DNA of 61,908 nucleotides, counting the filler, from Basidiobolus meristosporus CBS 931.73 (taxonomy: Eukaryota; Fungi; Basidiobolomycota): the NCBI GenBank assembly GCA_002104905.1. It is 3 parts of 3 records of this genome, joined end to end, with 100 filler letters (N's around TTAATTAATTAA, not from the genome) between each part and the next. Parts side by side here need not be neighbours in the genome. Positions count along the whole stretch, not along the records: positions 1 to 28,165 come from MCFE01000889.1; positions 28,266 to 51,143 come from MCFE01000970.1; 1 more part is not named here. One strand, given 5' to 3'. The notes under the pieces were generated by a model, which was given only the letters and a program-made list of their open reading frames with translations, was not told the origin of the DNA and searched no databases. Position numbers and translations under genes: made by a program. This document shows positions 21,926 through 33,900 of this stretch, in pieces (the stretch's first letter is position 1; every line of letters starts with the position of its first letter).

Positions 21926-24900
21926 TATTGTAAAACTTGTAATTCCACCAAGGTATTTGCCTAACTTAGTCACTTAGATCATTACCTTCAAATCCTTGAG
22001 GATACTGACCAAATCTCTTGTTGGGATTTACCTTGAATATTCTCACCAAAATACCAGGTACCCAGAACATGAAAATTGTCAAAATTGTCCAAACAGCCCC
22101 AAACTTTGCACACATGCTCCTGGGACCTTCCATAACCTACTCTATGTGTTTGTAATGCCAAGACCATGTAAAAGTACAAATACTGCTTTTACTTTCAATA
22201 AATCATTAAGTGAAAACCACATAATCTGCTTGTTCTCCCAAATCACTTCCAATATCTCCAAGACTCTTACAACAGGTTATGAGCCCCAAGCTGTCACTCA
22301 CTGCAATGTCTACTACTACTATTACTGGAATTTTCTCTCTGCTGAAAAGTTGGATGTCTCAAACTACCAAGTGTGTAAGATGAAGATGAAGATGCTTCAA
22401 CCAGAAAGAGGCCTTTGGGTTATTGTCATGGGAGAAGAATGTCCTCCTAAAAGTGTGGGAGCGGAAGCCTTAAAGTAACAGAAGAAATCAAAATATAGGC
22501 AAGTTGACCTACATTCCATCATATTTGGAAGCCAATATAAGTAACTTAAATGAAGAAACACTAATGCATTGGCACAGGAGTTTTGGACACAGCAATTTTG
22601 ATTATTTGCCCAAAATGATCAAAGATCAGCTAATTTCTGGAGTAAAAATTGATCCTCCAGCTAATTTGGAGCACTGTGAAGCCTGCATTTGTGGGAAACT
22701 AGCCAGTCAGCTGTTCAAGAGCTCTGGGCTATTCAAAACCAAGAAACAATTAAATCTAATTCACTTGGATCTGTGTGGACCTATGCAAAATATATCCTGA
22801 GGCAGGATGAAGTATTTGATAACTTTTATTGATAATTATAAAAGATCCATATGGATCTACTTCATGGAGAGAAAGGAAGGATCTGTGTCTAAGCTCAGGG
22901 AGCTCAAAGTCATGGTGGAGAGAGAAACTGGTGAAAAAATCAAGAAAACACACTCTGACAATGGTGGAGAATATACCTCAAAACTCTTCATCTACTTCTG
23001 CAAAATTCAAGGAATAAAGCAAGAGACTACTGTATCATACTCCCTACAGTAAAATGGAGTAGCAGAACATGCTATCAGATCAATAATTAATATGGCAAGA
23101 TCTATGATCCATGATCAAAAATTATCCTATGATTTTTAGGCAGAATCAGTTGCCACTGCTGTACACCTTAAAAATAGGAGTTATAACAGAATACTTTGAG
23201 ATTCTACTCCATTTGAAGCATTGTATGGGTACAGACCAAGTGCAGACCATCTAAGAATATTTGGGTGTACAGCATATGCCAACAAACTGCACAGAAACCA
23301 GCCAAAGTTTGAACCAAAAATTGTAAAATGCATATTTTTGGGTTACTGCAATGAGAGTAAAGCACACAGACTCTACAATACCTTAGCAAAGAAGCTAATC
23401 AAGTTCAGGAAAGTGCTATTTAATGTAAAAACAAAATTTTCACTAAAAATGACATCAGATTATGACAAAAATCTGATCTCAAGTCCACCAATTGTCAGGA
23501 TTGAATCAGTGTAAAACAACGATAATTTTTTCACTTCACAGGACTCTACAATCATGGCTCAGCCTGAAGCAGTGCCCAGGAATATTGCAGAAGTGATCAT
23601 TCCAGTATCAAATGCCCTGAGATCTAATTGGTCAAGAACTAGCTCAAATTACTATATCAATGAGGGTACATACTCAGTCTATGCCTATTCAGTCCATATC
23701 AATGAGTCCCAGACTGTAAAAAAGGCCCTAAATAACCCTCAGATGAAGTTTTGGAGATCTGCAATGACCAGGGAATATCAGGCCCTGATGGAATATCAAA
23801 CTTGGGACTTAGTCAAATTACCAATCAACCAAAAATCAATTGGATGTTGATGGGTCTTCAAGACAAAATACAAGGCTGATGGTACAATTGAAAGATACAA
23901 AGCAAGACTTGTGGCCTAAGGATACTCGCAAGAGAAGGACTTGAGTAGACTGAGACCTTTGCACTGGTAGCCAAGTTTAATTCCATCAGTTTAATATTGG
24001 CCATTGCAGCCACATATAAGTTTTTACTCATCAAATTGATGTTAACGGCATTTTTGAATGGAGAACTTGATGTGAATGTGTATATGGACCAGCCTGATGA
24101 GTTTGTTGACCATGACAACCCCCATTTGGTCTGCAAGCTTACTAAGTCACTATATGGTCTTAAACAATCACCAAGAGCCTGGATTTGCATGATAGATTTT
24201 TATTTGGAATCTTTGAGTTTCAAAAGAAGTAATGCTGACTATAGTATATACTATATGCCATATAGAATAAATCCAGTGATATTAGCACTTTATGTGGATG
24301 ATCTAACTATAGCTGCCAATAACCTAGAAACTTTGGAAGAGATTAAATCCAGCCTGTCTAAGGAGTTCAGGATGTCAATCTAGGAGAACTCAGTTACTAC
24401 TTATGGATTAAGCTCTCCATAGACAGAAGTACCCAGACTATTACCCTAAGCCAATCCAGGCATATTCCAGATATACTAAAGAAGTATCAAATGGAAGACT
24501 GTAAACCAGCAGCTACCCCAATGAAGACAAACCTTAACTTGGTCAAAACTCAACCAAATCAAGAGAGCTTAGTGCCATCTGAAGCCCTGACTGCCCTTAT
24601 CAATCTATGGTCAGCAGTCTGATGTATATCATGCTTGGAACATGTTCAGATATCTCATATTCAGTGGGAGTTGTCTGCCAACATAATCAGCAATATGGAT
24701 CTGATCATATTGCAGCAGTTAAGCAGATTTTTAGATACCCAAAAGGAACTGCTGATATCTGCTGAAGATACACTTATAAGGATTCAGAACAGGATCTTGT
24801 CGGATATTCTGATGCAGATTGGGGACAATGTTTGGAAGACAGAAGATTGACCACAGGAGATACCATTCTTTACTGTAAAGAAGCAATTTCTTGGAATTCA

Positions 24901-25629
24901 AGAAAGTGACCAACCAAAGCACTTTGTACTACAGAGGAGGAGTATATGGTAGCCTGTGAAGCTACAAAAGAATCAATGCGGTTGAGAAAGCTTTTTACAG
25001 ATTTAGGCCTATGTTGAATACTGCCTATTACATTTTTTCAAGATAATCAAGGATGTATACAATTAGGTAGAAATCTATCTTTTCATGCTAGAACTAAGCA
25101 CATCAATATTAGACATCATTTCATACATAAAGCTATAGAAAATAACTTAGTTAGCTTAGTTTACTGTCTTTCAGATGAGATGATTGCAGACATACTCACC
25201 AAACCATTAGCTAGAGACATGTTTGAATATCTTAGGTCAAAATTAGGACTAGTCAGTATGAACATTCAGCTGAGTAGGAGTGTTGTAAAAGCTTGTAATT
25301 CCACCTATATATTCACCCAACTTAGTTGCTTAGATCATCATCTTCAAATCCTAGAGGATAATGACCAAATTCCTTGTTGGGATTTACTTTGAATATTTTC
25401 ACCAAAATACCAGGTACTCAGAACATGAAAATTCTCAAAGTTGTCCAAACAGCACCAAATTTTGCACACATGTTCTTGGGACCTTCCTTAGCCTACTCAA
25501 TGTGATTGTAATGCTAAGGTACTGTAAAAGTATATAAACTACTTTTACATTCAATAAATCATTAAGTGAAAACACATAATCTGCTTGTTCTCTCAAACCA
25601 CTTGTAATATCTCCAAGACTCTTACAGCA
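21926..25629 (+). mobile_element. Copia-1 element with both 349-bp LTRs (21926-22274, 25281-25629) and a ~980-bp gag/protease deletion
   Basis: TSD CTATA on both sides; PBS GGTTATGAGCCC at 22275-22286; PPT GCTGAGTAGGAG before 25281; gag jumps to the pre-integrase region near 22495. Confidence 0.93.
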
Positions 25630-25634
25630 CTATA

Positions 25635-28100
25635 TTGGCACCTGGCCATCTTTGTTACCTGGCGCAAACTGAGTCAGGTAAGCTTGCAATGCCTTCAGGC
25701 TCACCTCAGCCTTCTGAATATGGCACACAGAGTGATATCTCTGACAAAGAAGGTTCACTGATGGATTGTAAGCCTATCTCCTCTAACAACTTGACCATGC
25801 ATAAGACCGGTCAAATCCCAATATGCAATTAGACAATACCCATTGAAACAAATGCCAAGGATACTTTATGGAGCCAAGTGAGCCCAGTAATCCATCTACT
25901 GGTGAATGATGTAATGTTGTGGCTAGAGAAGTGTCACATTTTCACTAACATCAATAATGGGGGTGTTGAGGACTTATTACAACTTCTTGCCAAATAACTC
26001 TGCAATGCAACCTACCATGTGCATGGTACAAGTGGACAACCATCATGTGGCTGGTGGCATATGACCCTGAGACTATCCTGATTCCAGCATGTGCTAGCAG
26101 TTGCATGGCATTCACATCCAAAATTACTATTATTGCAACATGTCCAATTTGTCATGAATCCACCACTGTTGAGGGAAAACACTGTTCACACTCCAGATAT
26201 TTTCTGGTAATACTCCATCTGAAGAAACTAATGCAGTCTGATAAATATTGTAAAGCTCTACAGTATCACACTCAGTATCAATCTGGCGTGAATATATCCA
26301 ATATACTTGATGGCAAACATTACAAGCAGCTAAGAAGCAAGGGCTACTTTGAAGGTATGTATGATCATGCCTTTGCCTTGGCACTTGATGGATTCCCATT
26401 AAGCAAGTACTCTACCAGCAAATCCAGCTGGTCACTAATTCTCATTAACCTAAATCTGCCACCTATCTCATGGTATCAGAGCCAAAATCTGATGGTAGTC
26501 TCACTGGTATCTGGGCCTAAGTCACCGTCCAACCTGGATAGCTACCTGTATTCAGTGCTTAATGAATTTTGTATGTTTTCCAACAGGATAACACTAAAGG
26601 CCATCATGTCAAAGCTCATATTAATATCTGCACTGGAGATACCCCAGCCATCAGCAAGATGGCAGGTCTTCTGGGCACAATGGATAGTATTGCTGTTGAG
26701 TTTGTGAGATCCAGGTGATTTACTCCACAACTACACACATTATTATTATCCAAACACCAACACTAATTACATTATCTTCCCACAGAGAGAACATACAGAA
26801 GCCAGCATAAAGTTGCAGCAATGTTGGCAAGCTATATGCCATTGGCCAGAGAATGGAATTAATTGGAAATCAGAGACACTTAAGATAATGGGTCTCTGTT
26901 GGAGTAAAAGCTTTCCACTGGAGCAATGCATTTACTTTTCAACAATATCCCTATACTGATGACCAAGTTGTACATGGGGAATTTGAAGCTAAATGAGCCT
27001 TCCAAGATACCAGAAAATTTGAAAGAATTGTAAAGACATTACAGAGTATCCGCTACCCCAAGTACTTCTTATGGGCTCCAATCAATATTCATATGAATAT
27101 GCAACATTACAAATGCACAGACTGGATGAACTGGATATGTATTTATGGAAGTGGTATTCTGAAGCCATTCCTATTAAGAGTATATTGGAAGCATTGGGAG
27201 TCATATGTAGACATTGTAGGAATATTTATCCAGAAGCAGATCACCAATGCCAACTTGACACATCTAAAGCTGTTGTGCAAGGTGTTTGTATTGGGATATG
27301 AGTGGCTATACTACAAACATAAAGCTGAACACATAGATCTCTGTCACTACTGTATCCATTCACTACTCCATCTTGCATTGTGTGTGGAGTATGTTGGGCC
27401 TTGCTTACCTTTTGGGTGTTTCCTATGGGGCAGATGTGTGGGGAGATAGGAAGACAGGCCAGGTTGCAGTTACTACCATATCCCAATCTCATCAAGAATA
27501 ATACCTTCAAGTCCCCCATGGATGTATTGAGTTGGCACATGGAGGACAGCCAGGAAAAGTTGGAAAATACTGAGGACAGATATGCACATGGAGACACCTA
27601 TGCCTACGGCATTAAGCTAAGCAGCTTCAATATGTGGGTATTCAGTTAAGTAATGCAAAGTTGGGTTGGGTGCAACAAGCACTATTTTTACTATCAAAAC
27701 TCTACCAAGGTATGCCGGATTTCTCATGGTCACAAGCAAGCTTCTACACCATTCAATACAGAATTCACACAAATAAAAGCCAGCATGCACCTATGAGGGG
27801 GACTAGAATCCAGCAGGAAGAAGGAAAATATTGGCTAAATACCAGAAGTTCTTTGCAGATATTCAGGAGGTATTCATGGCAGAAGTGGCAACAACCAAGC
27901 AGATGTTTGCGCAATGCATATGTTACCAGCAGTACAAGGTATATGACAACTTTGCAAGTATCACACTAAAAAGCCGTAAAGTTGAAGGTGATGAAAGTAT
28001 GTCAATTGTGGCAGGTGTGCATGTTTACACAGGTTAGTAGCAGAAGGCCCAGTTTTTTTGACTCAAGCTCATATGTGAGTACACAAGGTAGTAGTGGGTG
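25635..28100 (+). pseudogene. CMC/EnSpm (Transposase_21-like) DDE transposase, continuing from 21716-21925
   Basis: ACASSCMAFT..CPIC, LALDGFP, WSLILINLNLPP, SGPKSPSNLDSYL, FPMGQMCG...PYPNL: hallmark motifs of fungal CACTA/EnSpm transposases. Confidence 0.9.
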
Positions 28101-28165
28101 ATTAATTGGTGCAATATAAAAAAGGGGAGATCCTGCAGTGGAAATATAAATAGCACAAGGGGAGG

Positions 28166-28265
28166 NNNNNNNNNNNNNNNNNNNNNNNNNNNNNNNNNNN
28201 NNNNNNNNNTTAATTAATTAANNNNNNNNNNNNNNNNNNNNNNNNNNNNNNNNNNNNNNNNNNNN
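28166..28265. other. 100-nt scaffold gap containing an artificial TTAATTAATTAA linker (28210-28221)
   Basis: N run with a six-frame stop linker; the identical construct occurs at 51144-51243. Confidence 0.97.
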
Positions 28266-28571
28266 TCAGGAAAGTCGCACCAACGGGTTCGACCCTTTGA
28301 GTTCTACTCAGCCCATGATCAGTCCTTGGATCAGGTGTTGGCAGTTATTGCCGACCCTGGTACCCCATGGCCAGCCTATGCATCCACCGTTATCTTTGAA
28401 ACTTGGCGCTTGGCCAATAAGGCGCTTGTTATCCGTGTCCTATACGAGGGCAAGGTCGTGCCCGCAAATCCTAACTTGAAGTGCTCTCTTTCAGCATGCC
28501 CGATTGAAACCTTCTTAGGCTTCATTGAGAGCTATGTCCCGAAAAACATTGCGACGGAATGTTCTCTATAG
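28266..28571 (+). CDS. 3' end of a histidine acid phosphatase (His_Phos_2 / branch 2) gene; 5' part lost in the gap
   Basis: Open frame from the gap edge: RPFEFYSAHDQSLDQVL...PWPAYASTVIFETW...IRVLYEG...CSLSACPIETF. It contains the family HD motif and the typical C-terminal Cys pattern, and is CpG-rich unlike its surroundings. Confidence 0.85.
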   Translation, partial: SGKSHQRVRPFEFYSAHDQSLDQVLAVIADPGTPWPAYASTVIFETWRLANKALVIRVLYEGKVVPANPNLKCSLSACPIETFLGFIESYVPKNIATECSL

Positions 28572-28589
28572 ACTACTTCGAACTGTCCA

Positions 28590-28755
28590 CTACATTCAAT
28601 AAATCATTAGGTGAAACCATATAAACCATTTGTGTTCCCACGCACTTCCAGTATCTTCAAAACTCTTACAACAGGTTATGAGCCCCAAGCTGTCACCCCG
28701 TGGAAGGTCTACTACTGCTATACTGGAATTTCTCCCTCTGCTGAAAAGTTGGAGG
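28590..28755 (+). mobile_element. Truncated Copia-1 5' end: LTR 3' part (to 28673), PBS (28674-28685) and gag start
   Basis: ...CTCTTACAACA GGTTATGAGCCC CAAGCTGTC..., as at 22265-22300. Confidence 0.85.
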
Positions 28756-28960
28756 AGTTAAGTGTACTGTGAATATTGATCATACCTCACTCAAGTATTC
28801 TCATCCAGAAAGTAATGTCTTGGAGAACGCCAAGTTGGAGTAAATATATTCAGGAATCTGAGTTGGAGATTGTCTATTGCCCTAAGAAAAACAATACAGT
28901 TGCTGATGCCTTATAAAGACTGGAACAAGTGGCACAACTTAAATTGGTACATGAGTTACA
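28756..28960 (+). pseudogene. Small degenerate Ty3/Gypsy RNase H fragment
   Basis: Translates LEIVYCPKKNNTVADAL, resembling the conserved I.Y.PG..N.VADALSR motif. Confidence 0.5.
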
Positions 28961-29281
28961 TTGTGGTAAGGGCACCATGCAAAAGCTGTTGGAAAAAAAT
29001 TACATCTCAGATTTCACAAAAAACTTTGTCAAAGGTTTTCATTCCAACAGTCCCTAAGTTGCTTTTGGTAGGTTCTCTGCTGTTTCTGTCACCTCATGAT
29101 CCTGAGCACTCAATCATCCCTTATGTTAACGAACACTGATTGGCTATTGCCTTTATTGCACACTCCTTACTTCCTGACTCAACCAATGCCCTTACTTTTC
29201 ATGCATACAAACTAGTTTATTTCTGTTGTATATTCAGTTGTAGCTCAATTGTAGATTATGCTGACCTATACTGGTCCCTAT

Positions 29282-29885
29282 TGTTGTAAAAAGTTGTTAT
29301 TCCATCCAAATATTCCCCTAACTTTGTCACTTGGATCATTTCCTACAAATCTTGGAGAATACTTACCAGATTCCTTGTGGGGATTCACCTGGGAAATTTT
29401 TACTAAAACACCAGGTACCAATAACATCTCAATTCTCAAAGCTGTCCAAGCTGCCACAAACTTTGCACACATGCTCTTGGGACCTTCCTAAGCATATCAT
29501 CTATGTGTACCTTGCCAAGACCATGCCCAAGTACAAATATTACTTATACATTCAATAGATCATTCAGTGAAAATCACATAATATACTTGTTTGCCCAATC
29601 ACTTCCAATATCTCCAAAACTCTTACAAAAAGCTATTAGCCCCAAGCTGTCACTTTCTGCAATGTCTACAACTGCTAATACAGGAGCTTTTCCCCCTGCT
29701 GAAAAGTTGGATGTATCATTCTACCTAGTCTAGAAGGTGAAGATGCAGATGCAGATACTGGTACAGCAAAGAGGCCTTTGGGATATTGCTATGCAAGAAG
29801 AATGCCCTCCTAAAAGAATGGGAGAAGCCTTAAAGAAGCAGAAGAAAAGCAAAGTGCTTTAAACTGCATTTGGCTAAATTCTGAT
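29282..29885 (+). mobile_element. Older Copia-1 5' end: LTR 29282-29630, degenerate PBS and gag start
   Basis: TGTTGTAAAAAG...; AGCTATTAGCCC in the PBS position; gag text FPPAEKLD. Confidence 0.8.
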
Positions 29886-29889
29886 GCTA

Positions 29890-30569
29890 GGTAAATATTT
29901 GCAATGATCCTGTCAAAAGGCCATTGCAAAATTCTAATCCCATGACTAGGTTGTATTGATGCCATAAGGACACCATGCAAAGACTGTTACAGAAACTGCA
30001 CCTCAGATTTCACAAAAAACTTGGTCAAAATTTTAACTGTAACAGCTTAAAAGAGGCTTTTGATTGGTTCTCTGCCAGTTCCCTCACTTTGCAATCCCAG
30101 ACACTCATTCTATGCTTGTGTATATATTGGCTATTGCCCCTTTTTGACAATCCTTACTTCCTGATTAAAATAATGCCCTTACTTTTCATGCATACAAATT
30201 GCTTTCTTTCTGTTGAATCTTAAGTTGTAACTCAGTTGCTAATTGCACTGACCTATATAAGTCCCTATACCCAATACTAACATAAAGCCCCACCTCACAC
30301 TCAACAAGTAACTCCATTACAGTCCACCTTTCTACAAGCATTCTTGCCATAATGCCCTTGTTCCATAACTTTGGCAGGAACCCCACAGCTTTATGCTGTT
30401 ATTCATCCACAGGTTGACATAAATCCTGGTCTTCAGCTGGCACAGCACAGTCTAGCATCTCATCTGCTAGTTTTTGCATTAGATATATGCAATATTTCAG
30501 TGCATTTTCTTGAGCACTGCTATTACAGAAGTGCTGCAACCGCTTGGTGTGCCTAATAATGTTCCAAAA
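29890..30569 (-). mobile_element. CMC ORF2-side fragment (a further terminal piece lies at ~28960-29280)
   Basis: ORF pieces 30186-30386 and 30399-30587 match the ORF2 C-terminus; cut at 30569 by a CCCTATGA terminus. Confidence 0.75.
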
Positions 30570-30919
30570 CCCTATGAGAAATCTCAAACTTAGAATTCAT
30601 TGGATTCTCAGCTGAAATTCAGCTGGTATTCTAATGGTAGTTTGCTGGTATTCAGCTGCTGCTCTTGGTTCAAAATTTCAGATGCAACTTTTGATGGAAG
30701 TAATGGGTAGCTAATTACCAAACTTGGCATGGATGCTAGTTGGCCTAGTCTCCTCCTGCAGAGTTTGTTGGCTTGCCTGCCCATTGGCTAACAACAGAGA
30801 TATTGAGAGTTGTCAATCTTAAGAAACTTGGAATTCAGTTGATATTATGATGGTATTTTGCTGGCCTTTTCATAATTTTTCTCTCTTAGGGAAAATTGCA
30901 TTGTAGGCATATTGATAGT

Positions 30920-33900
30920 CCCTATGAAAAATTATCGTTATGATCATGTCAAAAGGCTGTCACAAATTCTAAGTCCTGTGACTAAGAGGTAATGATTCCA
31001 CCAGGACCTCATGCAAGGACCATCAAGAAATAATTGCACCCCAGATATCATAAAAAACTTAGCCAAAATTTTTCATCACAACAATATAAAAGTGGCTTTT
31101 GATTGGTTCTCTGCCAATATTCTCACTTTTCATTGCAGAAACTCTATCACCTCCTACAGTTGTGCACATTGGTTGGCTATTGCCTCTTTTTTGCACTCCT
31201 TATTATCTCACTCATCTGTTTCTCTTACTTTTCATGGAGACAAATTGATTTATTTCTGTTGAAACTTCAGTGGTACCTCAATTGCCAACTGTATTGACCC
31301 ATACAAGTCCCTATACCCTATACTAACATTAAGCCCAACCCCATACTCAACAAGTAACTACATTAAAATACACCACTCAACAAGTTTTTATGCTGTAATG
31401 CTCTGTTGCCACAACTTTTGCAGGAACCCTACAGCTTTAAACCATTGTTTGTTTACTGGTTCCCATACATCCTGGTCTTCAGCCAGCACTACAAGGTCTA
31501 GCTCCTCATCTACCAGTCTTTGCAATAAGTCCTTGCAATATCAAGTGCATTTTCTTGAGCACTGCACTTGAAGAAGTACTGCAACCTCTTGGTGCGCCAA
31601 TCAATGTTCCTAAATTCCACCAAAGACATTATGAGAGCCTTTTGAGTTCTTGACATCTTTACTTTGTCTGTCAGTGTGATCTCCACTCTGCCAACAATGG
31701 AGGATGTGGCAGCTATGGTAGGTAAATTGCCTTTCTCTGCAAACTCATCTACCTCACTGGAGTGTAGCTCAACTGGCTGTGCTTCCAGCTCTTGTGAAAG
31801 CAGATGTTTTATTGTTGGTAATTTCTCTTGGCTATGATGGGATTCAGTCTGTTCTGAGCTCACAGCGTTAAGTGGCAAGAGCTGCAGTTTTTTTCTTGTG
31901 TTTCCCTGTCTCTGGCTTGGGTAGACTTTTCCCCCCTAACCATTTCCTTAATCACTGCCAGATCTTTCCCTGCTACTTTGTCTGAGTGCTCTTGTATTGA
32001 ACTACATGTTCTCCTTGACAAATGCTGCTTTAATGCATCTGTTTTGGCCTGCTTGTTCCTTGCTGGCACTTGGCAGGCAAACTGATACTTCTTTCCTGCA
32101 TATTTGAGCTCTCAGCCCATGCTGTAACAAGCTCCTGAGGTAGCAGCTTGTTTTTGTCACTGCCAGGTCCTTCACTGTTACTTTTACTGAGTGCTTCTTG
32201 AGTAGAACTACACTTTTTCCTTAGTAAATGTTGTGCTGGTGCATTTGTGTCTGCCTGGTTTTCCCTTATTGGCACTTGTCCAGCTACCTGATGCCTCTTT
32301 GACACTTGTTTGTAGCTTTTGGCCCTGCTTTTGATAGGCCCTTGAGGAGGCTGCTGGATTTTAGCCATTGCACCCTTGATCTTCTGCCTTTGATAGTTTC
32401 TGCTATTCTTGAGATACTTTCTCAGCATACCAATGCTGGCCCAAAATCCATTTGCTTGTTTGCATCCAGGATAATGCTTATGGAGCAAGTCAAGCACATT
32501 CTGCTTGGCCTTGAGTAACTAATGGTCCCATGGTATGCTGGCCTTAAGGTGTTGGCAAGCTAGACTTCTAATGGCCTCTTTGATATTAGCCAACTCTTCA
32601 TCATTGCACTTAATGGCTTCACATATTGTGAATAGACACAAGGCAGGAGAGTAGGGCTAGGCAAGGCAGGCACTGGAAAGGACTTAGGTGTGGATCAACA
32701 AGGCAATGTGTGTTTCAAAGGCAAGGTGGATTTCCAAGGCAAGGCTGTTTATTCAAGACCTGTGTTTATCAGACTGAGGAATACATAAGGGGGGATAGGA
32801 CTATATATACTTTTTGACAATATGGATGCCAAGAGATATTGACTAATACTGATGGGGTTCTGGGGTGAGGCACAGTAAGTGTGCCAAGATTAAAATATAC
32901 TAAGAACAAACTAAACTATCACATGGGGATATGTCAGGAGTTGACTGATCATGTGACCAGGTAATATGACATGTAATTATCATATAAGGTATGGGACTAC
33001 ATAAATTCCAATGGGAAGCTTCCATATAATGTTCCATTGTGTAACTTTGACTTGGAACTTTCAAGAAGTTGCTAGAATGTAGTAGAGCTTTCTAGAAGGA
33101 ACTTGGATTTCTTTGCTGACTTGATTTGGCCTGATAATTGGAGGATAGGGATGACATGTGATCATGACATCACAGATCCTCAATGTCCTGTGACTTTTAG
33201 GCTTTTTCATAAACACTACACTTTCTCCCTTGCATACTGTGATAGGTTTTTCTGTGGGCTTTATCTTTGGGCACTGTTGTTGTGCTTCAAAGACTGTACA
33301 GTATTCCTCTGCTGTTACATTGGGAAATGACTTAATTTTTTGGCTGTGGCATTGATCTACTTGAGTTCCATCTCTGCAGCAAAGATATTGCTTTCACTAC
33401 ATGGGATGTAGATTGCTCTACACATTTTATCCACTTGTCCTGTTTCTGGACTTTTACCTGATTCCTCTGGGCCATTGCATCTATTCTATCAGCCACTGCA
33501 CCTAATTGCCTCATCAATGCTTTGGTATGAGCTGACAACACACTTGCTAATACATGTGGTGGTGATGTTATGATAGCCATTTGCTGGTCTTCAGTTGAAG
33601 ATACTGCTTTTGCTACATTCTCATCTGCCTCAGGAATATGGTCAGCTTGCAGCTCTGCAGAGATTCCCAATTACCTACTTAACAGAGAGCTTAAGGAGTC
33701 TGCATTATTCCGTTCAGTGGACACACTGTCCACAGGGCCTTTTTTGGTTATAGCTCTGCTTGTTGCACTGAGTGTCAAAGCAAGCTGTTGTCCAACTGTT
33801 CTTCTGTTGCTGTCAGTGGTGGGGTTTGGTTGGGAACCAGACAACTTTGATTCAACGCTGTAAGAGAAGAGAAAAAGACCATGTGGCATTTGTCACAAGC

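Larger units (their letters stand above)
19340..28165. mobile_element. CMC/EnSpm element showing the full two-gene layout: ORF2 (-) and transposase (+), interrupted by Copia-1; right end lost in the gap
   Basis: ORF2 21497->19438; transposase from ~21716, resuming at 25635; same layout at 30920-36612 and, inverted, at 58216-61660. Confidence 0.85.

Noticed and set aside
28210-28221. Palindromic TTAATTAATTAA inside N runs (also 51188-51199)
   Set aside because: Artificial six-frame stop linker added during scaffolding; not biological.
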